From a virus (taxonomy: Duplodnaviria > Caudoviricetes), in IMG/VR virus record IMGVR_UViG_3300006127_000025, positions 1 through 44,525 of that record: a DNA stretch of 44,525 nt, one strand, 5' to 3'. Made by a program: the position numbers and the translations under genes. Numbering within the stretch: position 1 is the stretch's first letter; every line of letters begins with the position of its first letter. Below the pieces are notes generated by a model that saw only the letters and a list, made by a program, of their open reading frames with translations, was not told the origin of the DNA and did no database searches. Positions 1-8,358 of the stretch are shown here, one piece after another.

Positions 1-272
1 CCAGCAACGTCATAAGCGATTAGATTTGGCAAAGAACGGCGTACCAAAGAAATCAAGATTGGGTCAAAGTTCTGAACACCACCACCAATGTTGGTTGGAC
101 CAGCAGAGTAAGTAGTTTCGTTCAACTGAGCAGCATCTTGATTCATTGCTTGTTGTTGATTTTCCAAAACAAGAGCTGTAACAGCCTTCTTGTATGGGTC
201 TTTAATGGAATCGAGTTCTGGATGTTCCAAAACTGGAGCCCATTTCTTTTGTAGTTCTTCAGTCATATACAT
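1..272 (-). CDS. gp23: Major capsid protein, N-terminal part (runs off the window start)
   Basis: Translated by hand from ATG at 272: MYMTEELQKKWAPVLEHPELDSIKDPYKKAVTALVLENQ...NFDPILISLVRRSLPNLIAYDVAG, the typical T4-like gp23 N-terminus. AAGGAA SD upstream; lies directly after gp22. Confidence 0.96.
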   Translation of the reverse strand, partial: MYMTEELQKKWAPVLEHPELDSIKDPYKKAVTALVLENQQQAMNQDAAQLNETTYSAGPTNIGGGVQNFDPILISLVRRSLPNLIAYDVA

Positions 273-300
273 GTTAGTTTTTCCTTATAGTTGTATATTT

Positions 301-1599
301 TTACTTGAGTGATTTAGAAATGGTCTTGGAATAAGTTTCCATTAAAGGATCGGCAGACTTAGCTACGGCCTCACCATCTTCTTCCACGAGCACTTCGTCT
401 AATGATGAACTGTCGGCAACTTTAATATCTGCTTTGAAATATGATTCTTTCAAAGTATCAATTTTGCCAACAAATTCGTCCTCAGTAGTGAATTCTACGT
501 TCTCTGCGAGCGATTTTAACTTCTCTACTTGGGTTTGAGTCAGGCCTTCACACGCTGTGTAGATAGCCTCAATTTTCTTTTGTTCGTTTAGTTCTTTATT
601 TAATTCGACACCACGTTGAATTTGTTCATTCAAAGCAGATTCAAGTTCTTCAACTTTAGCAGCCAAACCTTCAACGATATCTACCTTTTCAGATGGAACA
701 TCAATATAATGTTCTACGAATAGGTTACGGAGACCATCGATGAATTCTTCGGTAATTTCAGAACGTAAACCAGATTCGATAGCGATTTCGTTATCTTTGA
801 TCCATTCTTCTACCATGTAGTTGAGGTAATCATCAACTTTAGCGGCCAAATCTTCTTTGATTTCTTCAACAGCAGATTCAAACTGTTCCATCAATTCTGC
901 TTCAGCAATGGCAACAACTTCTTCTGCACGAGCAATAACGGCAGCTTCAAAAATTGTGGCAGCTTTAGCAACGAATTCTTCGGAAAGATTTTCACCTTCC
1001 AACAAAGCATCCATATCTTCTTTAATTTTGGCTTTGTTAATCATTTTCTTGATAAGCTTTTTATCTTCTGCTTCATCTTCATGCTTTTCTTCTTCAGAAA
1101 CCAAGTCGCCTTCGAGTTCAGCTTCTTCTTCATGATAAGATTGGAATGTAGCACCTGGATTCATGGACATAGTTTGCTTTGGCATTTTACCAGCAATACG
1201 GTCACGGATAGCATCCATGTGTGTAGATGGCTCTTGATGAGCATGTACCAAATCGTGACGACCCATAGTCTCTTGTGGTTGACCTTCGAGTTTACGGATA
1301 CCTACACCGTCTTTTTCGGAACCAACCGGAGGGGTAGCGCCAGGAGGAGTTGCTGATGGTGTGCCTTTTGTGTAATCTGGCAATGCATCTGTTTCTTCTT
1401 CTGGTGAGTGACCAATATCGCCAGCATCGTTAGTACCGTAAGCAGTCTTAGACTGGATACGATCTTCACCAACTTCACCTTTTGGATGATGGTCTTGACC
1501 ACGTTGACCACGCTTCTTGGCAATGTTTGCGTCAAATGTTTCTTTTGAACCTTCAGCCAAGATTGCTTTAGCGGCTTCGGACAGATTAAATTTTCCCAT
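301..1599 (-). CDS. gp22: Prohead core scaffolding protein
   Basis: Acidic coiled-coil with LSEEF..KAATIFEAAV, VDDYLNYMVEEW and LRNLFVEHYIDVP motifs; lies between gp21 and gp23; AAGGAG SD. Confidence 0.93.
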   Translation of the reverse strand: MGKFNLSEAAKAILAEGSKETFDANIAKKRGQRGQDHHPKGEVGEDRIQSKTAYGTNDAGDIGHSPEEETDALPDYTKGTPSATPPGATPPVGSEKDGVGIRKLEGQPQETMGRHDLVHAHQEPSTHMDAIRDRIAGKMPKQTMSMNPGATFQSYHEEEAELEGDLVSEEEKHEDEAEDKKLIKKMINKAKIKEDMDALLEGENLSEEFVAKAATIFEAAVIARAEEVVAIAEAELMEQFESAVEEIKEDLAAKVDDYLNYMVEEWIKDNEIAIESGLRSEITEEFIDGLRNLFVEHYIDVPSEKVDIVEGLAAKVEELESALNEQIQRGVELNKELNEQKKIEAIYTACEGLTQTQVEKLKSLAENVEFTTEDEFVGKIDTLKESYFKADIKVADSSSLDEVLVEEDGEAVAKSADPLMETYSKTISKSLK

Positions 1600-1627
1600 T
1601 TTGAAAATCTCCTTGATTTATTGGATA

Positions 1628-1635
1628 TATTTATA
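1628..1635 (-). promoter_or_regulatory. T4-type late promoter TATAAATA upstream of gp22/gp23
   Basis: Exact TATAAATA on the minus strand in the gp21-gp22 gap. Confidence 0.85.
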
Positions 1636-1636
1636 T

Positions 1637-2281
1637 TTAAAGTTTTTTCATGAAGTTCTCAAAAATGTGTAGACTAACTTCCTCAATCTCTTTGCGTGAA
1701 GCATGGCGAATCTGTTTGATTGCCCGAGAGTGATCCTGTTCTGTCCAAACACCATTGACTAACATCCATTCTTTACCTTCCATAATGCCCTGCACAAAAG
1801 CACCTGGTGCGGAAGGGTCTGCTACAATATCTGCCGCTGTGGCTAGATAAAAATCGTTCTGAACAACATTAACACCATTAACGTTTTTCAATGAACCCAT
1901 ACCTCTTGATGAAACACCTAATTGAGCGCCACCTTCAATAAGGCTTCTGGCGATTTGACCCATAGGAGTATCAAGAATTTTTGCTTTACCGATCCATTGT
2001 GTACCATCTTCTCTCAAACCAACAATCATATGTGATACACGGTCTAAGTTAATGGTTGGTGTTTCAGGATGTCCCAATTCACCAAAGGCACGGTTTTTGT
2101 TAATATATTCTTCAGTATAACGATGAACTTCTTTTTTCATCGTGTTGTATTCATACAAGCGGCCATTCTTGTTTTTCTTTTCGGAAACGAGAAAAGGACC
2201 TTCAATAAAGAGTTCCTTTTTACCATCGGTACCTTCGGTAATATAATTTACCGTTTCGTTAATTTCTTTAATAAGTTTCAT
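1637..2281 (-). CDS. gp21: Prohead protease
   Basis: NKNGRLY, AFGELGHP, LGVSSRGMGSL and DIVADPSAPGAFV motifs of T4 gp21. Confidence 0.96.
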   Translation of the reverse strand: MKLIKEINETVNYITEGTDGKKELFIEGPFLVSEKKNKNGRLYEYNTMKKEVHRYTEEYINKNRAFGELGHPETPTINLDRVSHMIVGLREDGTQWIGKAKILDTPMGQIARSLIEGGAQLGVSSRGMGSLKNVNGVNVVQNDFYLATAADIVADPSAPGAFVQGIMEGKEWMLVNGVWTEQDHSRAIKQIRHASRKEIEEVSLHIFENFMKKL

Positions 2282-2709
2282 AATCCCATTGCCCTTCGTT
2301 TTCTTAACGATATTTTTCTTTTTCTTATTGACGTCCTTAATTTAGCACGTCTTTTAAACTTTGACCGTCTGGCACCAATTTTACGGTGTCTACGTTCAGC
2401 CGGCATCATTCTGGTTAACTGACCGTGTCTAATGGTATATCCTTTAACCGCCGAAAACTTCTTACGGCGCTGAACTTTACCTTTACGGACTCGAACACGA
2501 ATTACTTTGGTTCGACCCATTTTTAATACATTCGACTTCTTGTTACCCTCAAACACCAATTCTGGTATTACATCACCAAACATTTCAGAAGCAATTTCTT
2601 TCTTCTTTTCATCCAACTTATCATAAATGATAGTTTCTAATATTTCTTCTAAATCCTTTTTTGCTTCTAATAACCTGTTGGCTAAAAGATTTGAAATGAA
2701 AACATCCAT
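2278..2709 (-). CDS. Prohead core protein (gp67/gp68-like) with acidic N-terminal half and very Lys/Arg-rich C-terminal half
   Basis: Sits immediately upstream of gp21, where T4 has gp68; overlaps both neighbours; basic C-terminus ending RKRRAMGL. Confidence 0.6.
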   Translation of the reverse strand: MDVFISNLLANRLLEAKKDLEEILETIIYDKLDEKKKEIASEMFGDVIPELVFEGNKKSNVLKMGRTKVIRVRVRKGKVQRRKKFSAVKGYTIRHGQLTRMMPAERRHRKIGARRSKFKRRAKLRTSIRKRKISLRKRRAMGL

Positions 2710-3290
2710 TACGGTACCAAATTGTATGGCTTGTAGTTAAACGCTGCTGGTTCGTTGAACTGACCACGTTGGTACATAGCGTTGTTCTTACGCAAAGTAA
2801 TAATTAAAGTGTATGCACTATTTGCAGTACCACCTGTTGTTTGAATACCAATATCTCCAACACCAACAGTATTAGCATGAATACCATCACCAGAGTTATT
2901 CATAATAGATGGTAGTTGTTCACCAAGTCCAAACTCACCTTGTAAGTTTAAATGGAAAATAGTTGCTGAATTGGCATACTGTGCTGTTGCGGTAGAACCT
3001 GCACCAGACCAAAATATTTCAACACCACCAATATTAGATGTTGGAAAGTTTACATAATACTTTACACCAGTTAATTGTAAATCGTAATATGATAATGTTG
3101 TGTTAGCAGAACCGCCTTGTGAATTTGCAACCAAATAACCATTAGTTGCCAAAGCACCATATAGTGAATTGGCAGCAATACGAGAAACGTTAAGTTCTGC
3201 ACCAGAAGTACCATCAAACACACCAGTTAATTTAATGATGGCGTCTGTTTGTGTATCTCTTAGAACTTGGTATGTAAATTTATTGGACAT
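2709..3290 (-). CDS. Hypothetical virion protein, paralog of 3292..3825
   Basis: 193-aa ORF sharing N-terminal, central and C-terminal motifs with its neighbour. Confidence 0.8.
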   Translation of the reverse strand: MSNKFTYQVLRDTQTDAIIKLTGVFDGTSGAELNVSRIAANSLYGALATNGYLVANSQGGSANTTLSYYDLQLTGVKYYVNFPTSNIGGVEIFWSGAGSTATAQYANSATIFHLNLQGEFGLGEQLPSIMNNSGDGIHANTVGVGDIGIQTTGGTANSAYTLIITLRKNNAMYQRGQFNEPAAFNYKPYNLVP

Positions 3291-3291
3291 A

Positions 3292-3825
3292 TTATGGCTT
3301 TAAGTTATAAGGTGGAGCATTAAACGCAGCAGGATCATTAAATTGACCACGTTGATAGTATGCGTTATCTTTACGGAGTTCAACAATTAATGTGTATGCA
3401 CAGTTGGCAACTAAACCATATGTAAATACACCAATATCACCTGTAGCATTAGGTGCATTGTTGTTAATAGTTACCATGCCTTGTTCTTCGGAATATTGAC
3501 CACACAAATCCATATTAAAGATAGGAACAGATTGTGCTGTATTTGCGGCAGTCCAACTTAACTCAACATAACCTTTTTGTTGTGAAGCAATATTGTAACC
3601 AATTCTTGAAATGGTTATTCCATAATATGGTAATGGAGTGTTTGCAAATTGTGTTGTTGAATTTGCAAGTAAATATCCATTAGTTGCTAAAGCACCATAC
3701 AATGTATTGGCTTGAATACGATAAGAATTAGCCTCTTGACCAGTACCGTCAAAATTGGCCGTTAATTTAATAACCGCTTTCTGTGTTGTATCTTTTAATA
3801 CTTCGTATGTGTAAATGTTGGACAT
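3292..3825 (-). CDS. Hypothetical virion protein, paralog of 2709..3290
   Basis: 177-aa ORF with AGGA SD; VLKDT..KAVIKLT..FDGT and LRKDNAYYQRGQFNDPAAFN motifs. Confidence 0.8.
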   Translation of the reverse strand: MSNIYTYEVLKDTTQKAVIKLTANFDGTGQEANSYRIQANTLYGALATNGYLLANSTTQFANTPLPYYGITISRIGYNIASQQKGYVELSWTAANTAQSVPIFNMDLCGQYSEEQGMVTINNNAPNATGDIGVFTYGLVANCAYTLIVELRKDNAYYQRGQFNDPAAFNAPPYNLKP

Positions 3826-3833
3826 TCTTTATC

Positions 3834-4049
3834 CTATTTAAATTCTTCTGGTACTGATGTGGACCATTGCATGGCTTCATATGGTACTGTTACATATTTA
3901 TCTATCTTATCCACATAGTATAAAGCAACTCTTTGACCGTTTGGAAACTGTCTAACAGACTTGCGTTTCATTACCAAAACGTTTGGAGGATCCATAGTCT
4001 TTTGATTGGATCTTTTTGCTTCAGAAACTACCTGTTTAAGCGTTTTCAT
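3834..4049 (-). CDS. Small hypothetical head-region protein; likely start MKTLKQ at 4049
   Basis: The ORF track starts at TTG 4073; the ATG at 4049 overlaps the end of the upstream 57-aa ORF. DPPNVLVMKRK..R.FP.GQRVALY motif. Confidence 0.7.
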   Translation of the reverse strand: MKTLKQVVSEAKRSNQKTMDPPNVLVMKRKSVRQFPNGQRVALYYVDKIDKYVTVPYEAMQWSTSVPEEFK

Positions 4050-4209
4050 CCGAATCGGCTTCTTGTTTGGCAAAATAGTTTTGTGCTACCGCTTGTTTAG
4101 CCGCTTCAATGTGAGCAGTTACTTTGTCGTGAATAGATGCATAAAGTGCATTTCTAAATTCTACGCCATTATCTTCTGCTGCGTAATCTATGATTTGTCT
4201 TGTATCCAT
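4036..4209 (-). CDS. Small prohead core protein in the gp67 position, 57 aa, absent from the ORF track
   Basis: Translated by hand: MDTRQIIDYAAEDNGVEFRNALYASIHDKVTAHIEAAKQAVAQNYFAKQEADSDENA*. AGGAG SD at 4216-4220 with a late promoter just upstream; follows gp20. Confidence 0.78.
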   Translation of the reverse strand: MDTRQIIDYAAEDNGVEFRNALYASIHDKVTAHIEAAKQAVAQNYFAKQEADSDENA

Positions 4210-4227
4210 TTGAATCTCCTATCAAAA

Positions 4228-4235
4228 TATTTATA
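4228..4235 (-). promoter_or_regulatory. T4-type late promoter TATAAATA
   Basis: Exact motif between gp20 and the 57-aa ORF, the position of the T4 gene 67 promoter. Confidence 0.85.
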
Positions 4236-4243
4236 ATAAATGA

Positions 4244-5872
4244 TTAATCATTCGTTTTTTTGGCAGATTGTTTTGCCATTTCAGCTTCATGTTCTTGGTC
4301 TAAAGGATGTTGTGGTTGACCTGGAACTTGAGACATCATCTGTTGTTGTGCTACGTCATTCATAACACCGACTGGCAATCCAAGACCGGCTTCTTTTTCT
4401 TCATCCATTTCTTTCTGCATTTCGCCAATTTCATCATCAGTTAAACGGAGAACATTACGTTGAATCCAAGATTGTGAGAAATAACGACCAGTATAAGCAT
4501 CAACGGCACCTAATAACTGTAGGCGGTTGGTCATTAATTCTGCTTCTTTTAATTCGGTAAAGTTATTATCACGAATGAAATCGTAATGAATATCATCTTG
4601 AAAATACTTCCATTCTTCATTAGTACAAATACCTTTAAGAACACATTGCACACGGAGTGCTTGGTCAAACATATCGGTAAATTTACTACGGAGTTTTTCA
4701 ACAAAACGTGAGAACTTAATTTCATCACGGGTAATTTCTGTTGAACGACCTAATGAGAAACCAGAAGATTCAGGATTCAAACGAGAAATAGGTACATTAA
4801 GTGACTTGTAGAGTTTCTTTTCAAAGTACTTAACATCTTCCAACTCGCCTAAGTTTTGACCACCAGGTAATGTAGAAATTTCTGTACCTTTTCCACCTTC
4901 ACGGCGAGGTAACCAAAAATCTTCTAACATAGAAAGATGTTTACGGTCATCACGAACTTCACCGGTATTTGAATCGTATACCAATTTGTTCTTATACTTG
5001 ACCATGATATCACGGAGGTATTGTTCTGCCTTTAACTTTGGAAGATTACCCACGTCAATATAAAAAATACGGCGTTCAGGAGCACGACTGATACGATAGA
5101 TAACTGTGGCATCTTCAATCATCCTTAACTGGTTAAGTGGTTTAATTGCTTTGTGTAGATAAGACAACACAACTGCACGGCGACTGTCCATGAGACCAGA
5201 AACCACGGAGATGATGGAGTCTGTAGTGATTCGTACACCAACTGGTCCAAAATTTTGAGATGATCCTGTGGTGACCTTATCGTTATAGATGTAGTATTCA
5301 TTTACCACATTCATTACATCCACTCCAGTACGTTCATCCTTTTGCTTCTTGATTTCACGAATCTTACGGAGTTTGCGTGGATCGATATAACGGAGTTCTT
5401 TGATACCAGAATTTGGTGCTTCTTGGTCAATAATGATGTGGAAGAATAAACGACCGTCCACATAGTATCTACGGAATAAATCTTGAGCCATACTCTTATA
5501 ATTCAATAACCGAATAATGGTATCAAATTCTTTTTTGATGGCGTTTTTAATTTTTTCTGGTTGTTGTAGATTGTCCAATACCAGTTTGATTGTGTTGCCA
5601 TCATCATCTTCACAGATGGCTTCACCTACAATATCATCAATGGCAGATTCAATTTCAGGTTGCATTGCCATTTCACGATAACGAGAAATAAGTTCTACAT
5701 CGTTTTTGGCGGTACCATCTAGGTCAACATATGTGCCATAATAGGCCGCAGAGGTAATGGTAAGAGCACCATCGTCATTTGATGGTGGAGAGAATGATTG
5801 CTGTGCTACTTGTTCTTCATCGTCCTTAGCACGAGCAATCGTAAAACCGAAAAGAGAGAATTTATTTGCCAT
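4244..5872 (-). CDS. gp20: Portal vertex protein
   Basis: YLHKAIKPLNQLRMIEDA.VIYRISRAPERRIFYIDVGNLPK and EDFWLPRREGGKGTEI.TLPGGQNLG motifs. Confidence 0.98.
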   Translation of the reverse strand: MANKFSLFGFTIARAKDDEEQVAQQSFSPPSNDDGALTITSAAYYGTYVDLDGTAKNDVELISRYREMAMQPEIESAIDDIVGEAICEDDDGNTIKLVLDNLQQPEKIKNAIKKEFDTIIRLLNYKSMAQDLFRRYYVDGRLFFHIIIDQEAPNSGIKELRYIDPRKLRKIREIKKQKDERTGVDVMNVVNEYYIYNDKVTTGSSQNFGPVGVRITTDSIISVVSGLMDSRRAVVLSYLHKAIKPLNQLRMIEDATVIYRISRAPERRIFYIDVGNLPKLKAEQYLRDIMVKYKNKLVYDSNTGEVRDDRKHLSMLEDFWLPRREGGKGTEISTLPGGQNLGELEDVKYFEKKLYKSLNVPISRLNPESSGFSLGRSTEITRDEIKFSRFVEKLRSKFTDMFDQALRVQCVLKGICTNEEWKYFQDDIHYDFIRDNNFTELKEAELMTNRLQLLGAVDAYTGRYFSQSWIQRNVLRLTDDEIGEMQKEMDEEKEAGLGLPVGVMNDVAQQQMMSQVPGQPQHPLDQEHEAEMAKQSAKKTND

Positions 5873-5903
5873 CGTATTTTAATCCAATTCAAAAAAACAT
5901 AAT

Positions 5904-5925
5904 GAAAGGGACCGTAGTCCCTTTC
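5904..5925 (-). terminator. Hairpin with C(UACG)G tetraloop after gp19, probable terminator or stabiliser
   Basis: Minus strand reads GAAAGGGAC-TACG-GTCCCTTTC (perfect 9-bp stem) then ATTATG and a T7 run; UNCG loops are typical of T4 terminators. Confidence 0.8.
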
Positions 5926-5940
5926 GTATAATAGTATATA

Positions 5941-6489
5941 TTAAGCGTCTGTAGAGGCAGCATTCGTCCAGTATTGGTATGCGAATGTTACACCGTATTC
6001 TTCGATGGTATCGTTTGAACCCCAATCTAAATCGATTGCAGCCATATCTAACGGGAACATACCAACAAATTTGTAGGTGTTAATTGCTTCGCCTGTTTTA
6101 CCATACTGAATAACAGAAGCGTCAACTGAATAACTTGAAGGAGTACCAGCAGCGGCACTTCTAACGTTACCAGCATGACTGTTGATAGCATTCATCCAAG
6201 ACTCAATAGAGTTACGGATTAAGAAATCTTCATCATTAATAATCTGCAATGTCCAGTCAGTAAATGTACGGTTACCAGCAAACTTCAATTCACGACCATA
6301 GTAATAAACTGGAACTGTACCAACTGTTGAACCAGGCAACTGTGCTGTTTTAGCCATAAACGTAAGTTTTTGACCAGCAGCAACCGAGTTATTAGCAATA
6401 GTTGGAAGGGTTAATGATACTTGGAATAGATTGGGACGGGCACCGTCTCCAATCAGATTCGCTCTAAATTCTGTTACGTTGAAAGCCAT
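5941..6489 (-). CDS. gp19: Tail tube protein
   Basis: GARPNLF, LPGS.VG...V.YYGR.LKFAG.RTF.DW and IEEYGVTFAYQYW motifs. Confidence 0.96.
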   Translation of the reverse strand: MAFNVTEFRANLIGDGARPNLFQVSLTLPTIANNSVAAGQKLTFMAKTAQLPGSTVGTVPVYYYGRELKFAGNRTFTDWTLQIINDEDFLIRNSIESWMNAINSHAGNVRSAAAGTPSSYSVDASVIQYGKTGEAINTYKFVGMFPLDMAAIDLDWGSNDTIEEYGVTFAYQYWTNAASTDA

Positions 6490-6512
6490 TGTTTTCTCCT
6501 ATATCGTTGTAT

Positions 6513-6520
6513 TATTTATC
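6513..6520 (-). promoter_or_regulatory. Late promoter variant GATAAATA upstream of gp19
   Basis: NATAAATA in the gp18-gp19 gap, followed by an AGGAG SD. Confidence 0.7.
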
Positions 6521-6523
6521 TGA

Positions 6524-8287
6524 TTAAACACCAGCTTGTCCAACGACTTCACTAAATGAAACACCAGTTCTTACTGCAACAAAGTTTAATTGGATAAAGT
6601 TAATGGAACGTGCAGGTTTAATGTAAATATCACCAACAAATTGGTTAGCATCAACAACAGCCGGAGTATTGTTTGTAGAATCACAAACCACTTGGAAGTC
6701 ATAGATACCACGGCGACCTTGTACATCTCTTAGGAATGGAGTTACTAAAGATACAAATTGTGCTTGTGTGAAAGCATCATTAAATTCAAATAATGAATAT
6801 TGTGAAGCTTTAGCAATTGTTTTTTCCAACACAATAAACAATCTACGAACATTAATACGGTCAAAAGCAGAAGGTTTGGATTGTAAAGTTTTATCGCCAT
6901 ACAATACTGTACCGTTTCCAGGGAAAGTAACTACTGGATTGATAGCCGATGCATAAAGTGTATCACGTTGTGTTTTGTTTGGATTCCATGCTAATTTAAC
7001 AACATTTTTTAAGTTGCCACGATTAAATCCAGCAGGCGAGAACCAAGGATCGTTAACTGAGTCTGTGTATACACAAAGACCAGCAATATCACCATTCAAT
7101 GGAACCCAACGATATACATTATTATACTTATCAAACATATATTTCCAACCAGAGTCGGCAACAGCATAAGATGTTGACCGAGCGAGTGATGTGTTCCAAG
7201 TAGTAATATTAGCTACTTCATTACCCGCTTGGTTAACAACAGCAGAAGATGGAGGTGATAAAAATGCCACACAATCTTTACGTTGATTAGCAATATTATC
7301 AACAACAAATTGTTGAACCGTAGTACTATGTCCACCAGTCATAACCAGTGAAATATCTACAGCATCAGCATTTTCAAATAATTGATAAGCATTTTCTAAA
7401 TCAGCATCAGTTGCCTGAACATATGCACCATTACCTAATCCACCAGCATTTGGACCTGTGGCGGTACTATTACCTAATACTTGGTAATTTGTGTTAGCCA
7501 ATGGTTTACCCCAAGTAGATGAAGTGTTTGCATACTGTGGAGGATCCATAATGTAGATGTATTTTGAATTATTATAGATGTAGTTCTTGTAGTAGTTTGA
7601 GTTACCCAAGTAGTCAGTAGCATCAATACCTTTCGACATGAATGGGAATACTTCTAATACGGTGTTTTTAGTACCAGTGATTAAACCACCAGTGTCCATA
7701 ACAACCATGTGAACTTCATCGTTAGCAGCACCTGCGGCAGCTGCCTGAGCAGAAGTACCAGGAGCACCAGTAAACAATGTTGAAATACCAACACTATTAA
7801 TATTCCAAGTGGCAAATCCATTAGCACCACCACCTGCATCCAAGAAAGCAAAACTAATCGAATTACCTAGAGCACCAGGGTAACGAGCAACAACTGGACC
7901 AAACGCATTACCGTTTGTAAGTGGTTGTAAGTAAGAGGCTTGATATACATCTTCATTTGGAATCTGAACATAACTTTGAACTTGGTTATTGATTGGACTC
8001 AAATTAGATGAAGCGTTGAATGAACTATTATTAGCTGCACGAACAATTTTTAAATTATTACCATATGCTAAAAATGAAGCAGCAGTAAAGAATGAAACGT
8101 GAGTGTTACCATCAGGATCACCAAACACTTTGTTTAGTGTGATTTCGCTGTCTACAGTAATAATTTTGTTTGCAGGACCCCAGTTAAAGTTTCCAGCAAA
8201 TGCACCGGCGGTAGTTAGAACCGATGGAACGACTGTAGTTAAGTCGACTTCGGAAACATTTACGCCTGGAGAGATTTGAAATGCCAT
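6524..8287 (-). CDS. gp18: Contractile tail sheath protein
   Basis: SPGVNVSEVDLT, PWFSPAGFNRG, FDRINVRRLF and IYIKPARSINFIQLNFVA motifs. Confidence 0.98.
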   Translation of the reverse strand: MAFQISPGVNVSEVDLTTVVPSVLTTAGAFAGNFNWGPANKIITVDSEITLNKVFGDPDGNTHVSFFTAASFLAYGNNLKIVRAANNSSFNASSNLSPINNQVQSYVQIPNEDVYQASYLQPLTNGNAFGPVVARYPGALGNSISFAFLDAGGGANGFATWNINSVGISTLFTGAPGTSAQAAAAGAANDEVHMVVMDTGGLITGTKNTVLEVFPFMSKGIDATDYLGNSNYYKNYIYNNSKYIYIMDPPQYANTSSTWGKPLANTNYQVLGNSTATGPNAGGLGNGAYVQATDADLENAYQLFENADAVDISLVMTGGHSTTVQQFVVDNIANQRKDCVAFLSPPSSAVVNQAGNEVANITTWNTSLARSTSYAVADSGWKYMFDKYNNVYRWVPLNGDIAGLCVYTDSVNDPWFSPAGFNRGNLKNVVKLAWNPNKTQRDTLYASAINPVVTFPGNGTVLYGDKTLQSKPSAFDRINVRRLFIVLEKTIAKASQYSLFEFNDAFTQAQFVSLVTPFLRDVQGRRGIYDFQVVCDSTNNTPAVVDANQFVGDIYIKPARSINFIQLNFVAVRTGVSFSEVVGQAGV

Positions 8288-8339
8288 TTGTTATCTCCTT
8301 GATATTATGATTTATTTGGCAGTTATGATACCATACGGA

Positions 8340-8347
8340 TATTTATG
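8340..8347 (-). promoter_or_regulatory. Late promoter variant CATAAATA upstream of gp18
   Basis: NATAAATA in the gp17-gp18 gap. Confidence 0.7.
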
Positions 8348-8358
8348 ATAGGTCATAT

